From Mustelus asterias (taxonomy: Eukaryota): a stretch of DNA of 64,000 nucleotides. Position numbers and translations under genes: made by a program. Under the pieces are notes generated by a model. That model ran no database searches and had not been told where the DNA came from. It saw only the letters and a program-made list of their open reading frames with translations. The stretch spans positions 310,001-374,000 of the forward strand of contig NW_027590253.1 in assembly GCF_964213995.1 (NCBI RefSeq), written 5' to 3'. Shown piece after piece: positions 51,884 to 61,765 of this stretch; position 1 is the first letter of the stretch, and every line of letters begins with the position of its first letter.

Positions 51884-52494
51884 CATGAGTCATTCCAAAA
51901 GAATCACAAATAAGAATCCACCCAACCACAGTTCAGTGAATTAATATTATTAAAATAGACCAAAATTTAAAACAGAGACTCAGAAAAACTTACTTAATAA
52001 ATGGCTGCTTCTTACCTGAAGTTACAGTCACCTTGGTGCCCTGTCCCCAGGATACATGGTAACCACTGCTATCTTTTGCACAGTAATGGATGGCGGTGTC
52101 TTCGCTCTTGAGGCTCCCCATGTCCAAAGCGAAGATATTGTTTGAAATGTTTTTGCTCGCAATAAATCGATTCTGAATCGCAGCGGCGTATTTCCTGGTT
52201 GATGTACTAAAGTAGTAAATCAACAATTCCAACCTCTGTTCCGGAACCTGTCGGATCCAGTGCATGCCGTCGCTTCCAAGATCGATGCCGCTGGTATTAC
52301 AGGTCAGTCTCAGGGAGCGTCCGCGACGCCCGATCGCTGCCTCGGGCTAACTCAACACAACATCCGACTGGACACCTGTAAAAATATATCACATGAGTCA
52401 TTAAAAAAAACACAAAACAGAATCCACCCAAACACATTTCAGTGAATTAATCAATTATTAAAACAGACTCGGAAAAAGTGACTTAATAAATGGC
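51884..52494. repeat. ~100-120-bp diverged direct repeat flanking the VDJ exon (51884-52005 and 52392-52494)
   Basis: Shared blocks catgagtcatt, agaatccacccaa, ttcagtgaattaat, gactc.gaaaaa and acttaataaatggc in the same order. Confidence 0.85.
52016..52375 (-). CDS. Pre-joined VH-D-JH exon (IgM-type VH) with internal TAG
   Basis: [12 protein letters not shown]...SLRLTC...MHWIRQVP...RFIASK...[29 protein letters not shown], then G|GTAAG; no RSS between V and J. Confidence 0.92.
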
Positions 52495-52601
52495 CCCGAG
52501 GACTAATCTTTGTCAAATAATTGCTGACTCTGGAATATTCCAGAGATAGACTGACACTGAGACAGTAACATTGAGAGACTTTGACAATAAAAACTACTCA
52601 C

Positions 52602-52647
52602 CCGACAAGAAAGCCAGCAGCAAAATGATATAAATCGCCGCGCTCAT
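52602..52647 (-). CDS. IgH leader exon (MSAAIYIILLLAFLS)
   Basis: 46-nt hydrophobic exon ending G|GTGAG; phase matches the V exon. Confidence 0.88.
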
Positions 52648-52737
52648 CCTTCTGAGAATTTGGGGGAAATGGTTGTGTCAGGAAATCAGTGAACAAACCA
52701 CCTCCCGGACTGTTGGATTCCGGTCGCAGTGAGCGCC

Positions 52738-52746
52738 ATTTAAATA
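52738..52746 (-). promoter_or_regulatory. TATA-like box of VH promoter
   Basis: TATTTAAAT in a GC-rich context ~90 nt upstream of the leader ATG. Confidence 0.55.
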
Positions 52747-55233
52747 CCTGGCAGAAGGGTGCGGCTTTCCAGGCGCCGCCTATTGATTCCCTGGTGGAGG
52801 TGGCAACTGGATCCACGTCCCACCTTCCACTACCCCAACAGAGTGGACTCCAAGGTTTACAATAGATTATTATTAAAATTGACATTTTATATGTATCGGG
52901 ATATGGTTTGACTGAATGGACTCATTGTAATCCGCTGGTCCCATTACTGAAACTGCATTTGCGCATCTGTTAATAAAGAAAACGAAGTTCCATGGGAAAG
53001 TGTCCCTGCTTCCCTACACCGTTAGGTAATGAACTGAATATAAAAACGAGTAAAATACTTGAGGATGGAATGGGGCGTCTGTCGTGTCTAATTTGCAACG
53101 GGTCTCTATCTGATCACAACAATGAAGTATCATCTCTCAGACGAATTGTGATCCATTTATGTAACTAAATGCGGGGGGGGGGGGGGGGCGTGAACAAAGT
53201 GATTCTATTTAAAATGTGAATGGCTATCCTTATGCATTTTGGATCTGCAAATAACAAGAGCCACCTCATTTTCTTTTACATTATTGCTCCTTACATTTGT
53301 CGAACTGCCACTGAGCCTAACATGGCCCTGTGCCATTAGCACGCTTGCCTGATATTTAACTGGTGAGTTGACAGAGAAATATTTACATTTACATCAGCAT
53401 CTGACACAGAAGTTAATGAATCGGAACGGTTACGCGATCAGTAAATTTCTCCTTCGGCATCCAAATCATTGCAGCTTATTTGATCGGCTGTCTAACATTC
53501 ACTGATGTTGGGAGCACAGAATATCAGGACTTTGCGGCATTTTACACAATATCACAAGAATAAATGTGTTACATTCCACTGAAGCATATTTCTCCACTCA
53601 TTCACAGCACCCGTACTTCACTAAATTACTATTAAACGGGCTTTAAGAACGAGCATACTCTTGATTTGGAAATTCTATGAATTAAATCATGTCCTCGTTC
53701 TAATGTCCTTGAGGGAAGAAATCTGCTGTCCTTACCTGGTCTGGCCTATATGTGACTCCAGAGCCACAGCAATGTGGTTGACTCTCAACTGTCCTCCAAG
53801 CGTGACTGGAGAAGGGCAATTAATGCTGGCCCGCCAGTGGTGCCCATGTCCCATGAATGCATAAGAAAATGTTAAATGTTCAAGTTACTATTTTATCATC
53901 TTGTTTAATCTCAAAGTGGACACGATTGTCACTAAATAAATTTCTTCAGATGGAATACCATTTAAATGTGTCATTGCTGTGCAGCTGAAACGTTTATTAT
54001 TTGAACAGATCGATCCCATTTTGATCATTCAGATTTACGTTAATCTGCCCTGCACGGTATTTAAAAGCAACCCAACAGACTGCAGTCAGGGAGGCTGGAA
54101 AGTCCGATGTCAACAACAGGAAGCAACTGGGGTGTTTGTGCAGTAAATAAAATTTCTGTTTGCTCAGTATTGGCCACTTGACTGCCAGCCAGCTTCGAAC
54201 ATTTAACATCGTCAATGACGTCTATTTATAAAGAACAACAACAACAACGCTGGTGATAATCTTATATTTTTAGATTGTGAACGGATGCGAAGTGTTCCGA
54301 TTTCCAAGAAAAGGGAAGTTATTCAATTTATGTTGTCCCTCTTAGCTACAACAGTCCTATGGAGGATCGCGCCAACAGATTATAACATTTGATGGATGGG
54401 TTGCTGGCGAACAGAAAATACAAGCAGGCTACAAGGCAGAGGATACATTTTGAAGAGTTAGTCATATTGCCCTCCATCTGGAGACAAATGTAGTTGAGTC
54501 CAGGGTACGATGGAGGATTCAGTTCACTGGTGGATCAGAGAGGTTCCCATCGTAACTGTTTGTCGGTATTCCAAATTCTACTCAAATTGCCTTCAAATTC
54601 ACCAGCTACTCTGATGGGATTTGTTCCCATATCGCCACAGCATTAACCCGGCATCTCGATTACTGGTCAAATTCCATTAAAAATATGCCACTGTCTGCCC
54701 GAAAAAATAAAGAGGTGACGGGGGTAATGTAACAAACAGTGACATTTGGATGCCAGGCCATTTTGTTTCTGGAATCAATGAATGAATTGATGGATATATC
54801 CATAGACGGGCCCGAAAGACGTTATTCTACATTCTCCTCTTTGTTCTCCAGTACTTCATTAATTCAACCAGGTCCTTTATTTCATCTGTGTCGACTACCT
54901 TCATTCCTTCCAGAGTTTTTGAACGAATTCAATCCCCAAACTATCAGGAAATATCGACTGTCCATCACCAGGAGATATTCCCGCTCTTCTGCAGATTCTT
55001 CCACTGCTGATGGCGAATCTTCATCTCAAGGACAGAAAGAGGGAACATGAATAGTATGTCGACGGAGGGTTGTAATATCTGGACCATATGGTTGTTTCAT
55101 GTACAACAAATCACTCAGCATATCTTCGCCCAACTTAGTGAAGCTGACAGACGAAAAACTTAATGATGTGGCAAAGTAACTATTGGACAGCTGACATTGT
55201 TTAATTAAGTCCCAAAACAGAGTGATATTCAAT

Positions 55234-56076
55234 AGAGTGGTCCAAGAAGTGGCTGATGAAATTCAACGTGGGCAAGTGCGAGGTCGTACACTTTGGAAAA
55301 AAGAATAGAGGCATGGACTATTTTCTAAACGGTGACAAAATTCATAATGCTAAAGTGCAAAGGGACTTGGGAGTCCTAGTCCAGGATTCTCTAAAGGTAA
55401 ACTTGCAGGTTGAGTCCGTAATTAAGAAAGCAAATGTAATGTTGTCATTTATCTCAAGAGGCTTGGAATAAAAAAGCAGGGATGTACTTCTGAGGCTTTA
55501 TAAAGCACTGGTTAGGCCCCATTTGGAGTACTGTGAGCAATTTTGGGCCCCACACCTCAGGAAGGACATACTGGCACTGGAGCGGGTCCAGCGGAGATTC
55601 ACACGGATGATCCCAGGAATGGTAGGCCTGACATACGATGAACGTCTGAGGATCGTGGGATTATATTCATTGGAGTTTAGGAGGTTGAGGGGAGATCTGA
55701 TAGAAACTTACAAGATAATGAACGGCTTAGATAGGATGGACGTAGGGAAGTTGTTTCCATTAACAGGGGAGACTAGGACGCGGGGGCACAGCCTTAGAAT
55801 AAAAGGGAGTCACTTTAGAACAGAGATGAGGAGAAATTTCTTCAGCCAGAGAGTGGTGGGTCTGTGGAATTCATTGCCACAGAGGGCTGTGGAGGCCGAG
55901 ACGTTGAGCGTCTTCAAGACAGAAATTGATAAATTCTTGATTTCTCGAGGAATTAAGGGCTATGGGGAGAGAGCGGGTAAATGGAGTTGAAATCAACCAT
56001 GATTGAATGGTGGAGTGGACTCGATGGGCCGAATGGCCTTACTTCCGCTCCTATGTCTTATGGTCTTATGGTCTTA
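55234..56076 (+). mobile_element. Young CR1 LINE 3' fragment, near-identical to 10271-11113
   Basis: ORFs 55256-55471 and 55523-55990 match the 421-aa ORF; same UTR and tail. Confidence 0.95.
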
Positions 56077-56146
56077 AAAATTAAAGATACATTGTCGTTA
56101 CAATCACCATACACTCCAGTTAGATATCAGCAGTTCCTGTGATTAT

Positions 56147-56250
56147 AGAATCCCGATAGTGCAGAGAGAGGCCATTCGGCCTATCAAGCCTGCACCGACA
56201 ACAATCCCACCCAGGCCCTATCCCCGTAACCCATGTATTTACCGTCCGAA
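56147..56250 (-). mobile_element. HE1-type SINE 3' fragment
   Basis: tagaatccc...gaggccattcggcc...acaatcccacccaggccctatcccc. Confidence 0.75.
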
Positions 56251-57250
56251 TCACCTTGTGAACGTGTGTGTGTGTGAATGCAAGAGAGAAATTGCGTGTG
56301 GTGTGAATAGCTCTCTCTCTCCCCTTCAAATTCACTGTCATCACCAACTTCTCAAACAAACCTTTGACATATGCCCTTGTAAACGACCATCCGATCAACC
56401 ATTGTTCCCTAAAGCCCTTGGATGTTTTACCTTTCAAATTGTGTATAGCAAAGTTAGTTTTTATTCAGAATCTGTGGAATCTTATGCCTTTATTCACCTG
56501 CGAACCATCGGAAACAGTGCCTCATGCAATGCCCAAGGAGGGTCTGACCAGCACAATCGTAATGTGGTTCAGCGAAACATAAATATGGAAAGAAACCACT
56601 ATAATAATCAAGAGGCCTAGGACTGGTATAAAAAATATCTGATAATTTCCATATGTTCTGCAGTCTGAACTTGGTTGACCCTCCCACGTGATGGGCTTTG
56701 GAGAATTTTATGTGTTTAGCGTGCTGTGTAAATGCGTAAATGTGTCGTGAGAATGCAGGTTTTCTGTTGTGGATGACCGGTGGCTTCTGCCGGCATCATT
56801 TATACTGTGTGGAACTATGCAGTTGACTTTTACTTCAGTTCTGGGAGGGCATTCGACAGAATATGACTATAATTGCCATTCCGATTCTCTTCTGTTCTAA
56901 TGTCACTGAGCTATGCCGGCTTCAGCATCATGGCTATAATATTTCTTAGGTAATTCCTATTAATGAATATTCCACATGATAAGCATATCTTACATTTGCG
57001 CGAGTATTAGCTAATTAATTCTAAACTATGTTAGGTTCCACGGATCGCAGCCTCCCTGCGGTCTCGCAACATTCTAAACCCCTCCCTGAATGAACATGGA
57101 AAGTTACTGCTTAATCAGTTTGTTTAACTAACTGTAAATAATTGTGGAAGTTAATTGCCTCCCTATAGATTTCCAATGGCATAAATGTGGGTTTATTTGA
57201 CCTTGTCACAGAGAATCCCTGTGATCAACTGTCATTGTTTCTCAAACAGA

Positions 57251-57320
57251 ATGCATGGGCGAATAACTGGTGTAGTTTATGGCATTTACTATCCAATTAT
57301 TGCTGCCATTGGGGTTCCGG
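57251..57320 (+). CDS. GPR139-like GPCR gene 2, exon 1 (MHGRITGVVYGIYYPIIAAIGVP)
   Basis: ATG...CCG G|GTAAG; same 70-nt length and sequence pattern as gene 1 exon 1. Confidence 0.88.
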
Positions 57321-58228
57321 GTAAGTCATTCTACTAAATCATTAACTTGACGTGCCGCTGTTTTATGAAGTAAGTGCTGAACATGGCAATAAAGAACATG
57401 ACATAATTGTTTCCAGGTTGCTTCCAAAACCTTATTTGCTCAGTGGTATCCTATCATTTCACCATTTAATTATGCATTTTATTGATGAGAAGCGAAAAAT
57501 GGTATGTAAGGGACTGAGGAAAATTTGTGGGGAAGACATTTACCAGTGTTCTTTGTCCCTTGTGGGTTTCAGTGTCCTGTTTGCCGGGCTGGTGCTGTGA
57601 ACAGGATGCTGTTGGTTGAGTGATGTGGGCTGGGCCAATGGGATTGCTCTGGGGGCCGGAGGAAAAAAAGGCGCCAGGAAGTGAAGCAGCTAGAGAGAGC
57701 TGAAGAGGGAGTGTGCAGAGAGAGAGCTTTTTCCAGGCAGTGAGAATTCGGTTTGGAGGGAGAGGCAGCCAGGCGTTCCCCTGCCTGTTCTTTTCTTTAC
57801 TGCCGAGGAGGACAGCCTTCAGCGCACTCGAACTACTTTGCTGCACCGATAGCTCGCGACACCTCTGCCTCCTGCGGCATCATCTTCGACACGTGTGTCT
57901 CTTCTGGACTGTGTGTGTGTGTCGTGAGTAACTGGTGGGGACTATACAATCCAACTGGAACAGTATCTACAAATGTGTTACTGAGGATGAGTTTCCCCAT
58001 GTGTGCACCAACGGATGGGCCCCAACGGTTATAGATCAGAGCTCACTGTTTTATGTCTGTTAATTGTATTCTTTATTAAATTTATTTTTGATATTCCGAT
58101 TAGACTACAGACATTTATGGGTAAACAGGGAATTAGCCAAATCAACATCAACCGCTAGGAATTCGGGACCCTGTTTGATTGAATATTTAAATAGTAGCCC
58201 CATATAGTGGTCAGCAGGGGGTTACAGT

Positions 58229-58585
58229 TATATATCGACTGGAGTTTCAACGAGTGAGATGCGACCTCGTTGAAAGAGAATTCTCAGCAGGCTCTCACTC
58301 ATTAAGTCTCTGACACATTTTTTTAAAATTCAAATCTTACTCATTAAGTCTCTGACACATTCAATACTCTGTGGCTGATCTTGCCAGCATGCATATACTG
58401 AAGCGAGGCTGTTCATGTTTTTGAAACCTCTAGTTGCTGTGAGAATACGTTTACAGCAATACAAACTTTGGGCATGATTCCACAATCATCGGACACAACA
58501 TCCCAGTATATACTCTGTCAAGCCTGTTGAGAATTCTCTTTCAATGAGGTCGCCTCTCATTCTTTGAAACTCCAGTCAATATATA
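58229..58585. repeat. Inverted pair of ~65-bp CR1-derived arms enclosing a 23-bp direct repeat
   Basis: 58229-58293 is approximately the reverse complement of 58521-58585; actcattaagtctctgacacatt at 58297 and 58339. Confidence 0.8.
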
Positions 58586-59291
58586 CCATGTTTCATTTCT
58601 CATCATGGAACAATTCATATCATTGCTCAGTAGAATGGAAACTGCTGTTTCCAAGCCAGCAGGATTTCTAATGCAAACCATCTGATGCTTCTTAAATTGT
58701 ATTAACTTGACACACCCAACTACTGAAAAGATTCCTGTGGAATCCTAACAATCCAAACTGAATCCTTATCACATTATACAGTTTAACAATGCCAACTGTA
58801 ACTGATATGTCAACCGTATCTACAGACTATTTCGTTTATGGGATACATGATACAAAGGTTGAATGTCAAATTTCGGATACAATCTGGGGATCTTCAGCCT
58901 TTCAGTCCTTAACTTTGCAATTATTGCCCGGAATCACATTGCCTTTCTTCCTCACTCTGTTCCTCACATGCTTTCCTTAAGCGTATTTCGACGTCCAGTT
59001 ATTCAGCATTTAACATAATTAATATCTGCTCCTGTTGTTAGATGTCAAATTGTACTGCAGCACTTTCCTGTTAAAATACTTGGGAAACCTTTTGCCTTAA
59101 AGGTGCGACAGAACTGGAGGTTGCCCTTGTAGCTCTTTCTGAAACACAATTGACCTTGAAAAAAAACAAGAATAGCCGTCTCTTCTAACGAAGGTGAACT
59201 GGCAAACATGTCCAATAGGTCTGTCACACCCAAGTGCTTGTTTGGAATTCGTTGAATAACTTTACAACTTTAATTTTATTTTTCCTCTCAG

Positions 59292-60199
59292 TTAACGTGG
59301 TGGCGATTGTGATTCTGTCCCGAGGAAGGTGTGGTCTCTCCAAATGCATTACTTGGTATCTGATTGCCATGGCAGTGACGGATCTCCTTGTCGTTGTCGT
59401 CGCTGTGATATTCGATCGGATTATTGGCATTTATTTTCCAGTAAGTTTTATGTCGTTGACTCCAGCCTGTACTCTGAGTTCTGTGATAATCTATGCAATC
59501 ATGGAGTGTTCTGTTTGGCTAACCTTATTTTTCACCTTTGATCGTTATGTAGCCATTTGCTGCCAGAAATTGCGTACAAACTATTGCACTGAAAAAACAG
59601 CGGATGTGGTGATAGGAACAGTTTGTTTGTTGAACTGTTTGAAAAGGATTCCGTCGTACTTTATATATGAGCCAGTCTATATAGTGAACAATGTTCCTTG
59701 GTTTTGCAAGATAAAATCAACCTACTACACTTCCTCCTCATGGGCAGTCTATGACTGGTTTGCACGTGTATTAAATCCTATTCTGCCTTTCCTTCTGATT
59801 TTGTCGTTTAATGCATTGACCGTGAGACACATCCTTGCAGCCAATAGATCCCGCCGGAGACTCCGGACTCACAGCAGTGCAGAGAATCAGAATGATCCAG
59901 AAATGAAGAACAGGAAGAAGTCTATTGTTTTACTTTTCATCATCTCGGGAAGCTTTATTCTGTTGTGGATGACATACATTGTGGATTTGCTCTATGTGAA
60001 AATTACAAATGAATCTTATTTCGCAGGGTCCAATTTCAACGACCCCAAATTCATTCGCCAGGAAAGCGGAAACATGCTTCAGCTGCTGAGCTGTTGCACT
60101 AACACGTGTATTTATGCAGTGACGCAGAGGAAATTCAGAGAGGAGTTGAAAAATGCAGCAAAATATCTTGGCAGTCTCATTGTAAAAATACTAAAGTAG
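59292..60199 (+). CDS. GPR139-like class A GPCR gene 2, exon 2 (325 aa spliced)
   Basis: ttcctctcag acceptor; MAVTDLL, TFDRYVAIC, LNPILPF, TNTCIY; open to TAG. Confidence 0.92.
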
Positions 60200-60699
60200 A
60201 AATTCCAAAGGGTTTGGTTTAAATTGCAAATGGAAATGTATCTTGTCATCTCTGGCTTTTTCTCCTTGACATCTGGGGTTGAATTGGCCTTAGGCAGTTC
60301 TGTAAAAAGGTGCCATCATTTTCACTTCTGTTCCACTGAGATGCCATGTAAGAAAGTTAGTAATGTGGATGAACAGAATCACTGGACAGCCAATCAGTTT
60401 TTAACAATAAACATTTATGAAACATGAAAAGATTGTCAATAACACAACCATCCTTCATTCCACTCATCTCCTGCTGCAGTGAACACACAAACACTGAGGG
60501 CGCTCCCCCTTGTGGCGATGTGAGGTAAATGGTCTCTGTCTGGGAGATCACTGAATCCTCAGATTACTGAAGGATCGTGTTGAAACATAGAACAGTTGGA
60601 GGATTGTGCTGCGGTATTTTTCTTATTCGTATTATTTTTATTGTAATGCTGACGAACCTATTCACAGAATTGATATCAATCTCAGAAACAGCTACAAGT

Positions 60700-60975
60700 G
60701 AACTCGCGCACACACACACATTCACAGGCATACGCTCTCAGACAGACCCTGGCAAACTCGCACACACACGCAAACACATTCGCAGACAAACAATCTCAGG
60801 CAAACACAGGCAAACTTGCATACATTCGAAGACATACACTTTCAGACGGGCACAGGCAAACGCGTAGACACCCACAACACACACATGCAATCACAAACAT
60901 GCAGACATCGTAAAACACTGAGACTTGCACAAATGCACACACCTACTCAAACACAAACATTATCACATACACTCT
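60700..60975. repeat. Degenerate CA-rich simple repeat
   Basis: Imperfect (CA)n. Confidence 0.75.
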
Positions 60976-61509
60976 CCCAAACATAATGAGAGGCTGAGAT
61001 CATGGAGGGTTGATGTCAATTTCAGTCCAAGTAACCTGCTGGGCACTAAAATAATAACAGAAGCAAATCTAAAGCTCGGTGTGTGGGTTTTATTGCGAAA
61101 TGAGAAACTATGTAAATATACCCCCATAGCTCAGGGTGGGTGTGGAAGTGATGATTTGTCGACTGTCTGTGATCTCCCTGCAAAAATATTAAATTTGAGA
61201 GATTATAAATTTTGAATTCTAGCTTGTATAAACCAGAGACAAGATTATGCTGAAAATAATCAGAATGACTGCCAGTATCTGTCGAATGAGAAAAAATATG
61301 TTCACGTGACCTTTCACCTGAACTGAAAAAACATAGTTGTAAGGAAGTACCAAGGCCAATAAATGCTGCAAAGGGTACAGAACAAAATGATAGGATGGCA
61401 CGCAGATAGGATAGGATAGCAGGCAGGAACACTAAATAAAAAAGCAACAGTGGTACATTTTGGATGTAAAAATGTGGAACTGGAATAATAGCCACTGTAT
61501 ATCATCTGA

Positions 61510-61765
61510 AACATAAAACACACATACAAGCACATACACAAACACGAACACACATACATACACATATACACACAAACGCACGTACAAACGCACACACACA
61601 CATATACAAAGGCACACAAAACAAACGTGCATGCCCAAACACACACAAGTACAAGCACACACACAAATGTACACACACAAATGTACACATACACAAACAC
61701 ATGCAAGCAGACACAAACATACGCAAACACACAGAAACACACCGCACAAACGCACACACAAATTC
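61510..61765. repeat. Degenerate CA-rich simple repeat
   Basis: Imperfect (CA)n producing V/C-rich spurious ORFs. Confidence 0.85.

Larger units (their letters stand above)
42717..52647 (-). pseudogene. IgM-type heavy-chain gene, germline-joined VDJ: L-VDJ-CH3-CH4sec, with one in-frame TAG in V
   Basis: Four phase-1-compatible exons with canonical GT/AG (52602-52647, 52016-52375, 43571-43879, 42717-43108); stop at 52347-52349. Confidence 0.8.

Noticed and set aside
43880-52015. Possible CH1/CH2 exons between J and CH3
   Set aside because: No minus-strand frame with Ig C1 Cys/Trp spacing was visible; ORFs there are retroelement-derived or low complexity. A heavily decayed exon cannot be excluded without tBLASTn.
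52079-52085. cacagta as an RSS heptamer
   Set aside because: It is just the reverse complement of the TAC TGT G (Tyr-Cys-Ala) codons inside the exon, not at a segment end.
42717-52647. Calling the Ig gene IgNAR, IgW, UrIg or a processed retrocopy
   Set aside because: V has full CDR2/FR2 and IgM-type frameworks, the C exons and tailpiece match C-mu-3/4, and introns and promoter are present.
53174-53188. Poly-G tract upstream of the VH promoter as a G-quadruplex element
   Set aside because: A single homopolymer of uncertain length with no other support.
54739-55232. ORFs 54739-55050 (+) and 55026-55232 (-), with an acceptor-like ccttccag at ~54913
   Set aside because: No recognisable domain or partner exons.
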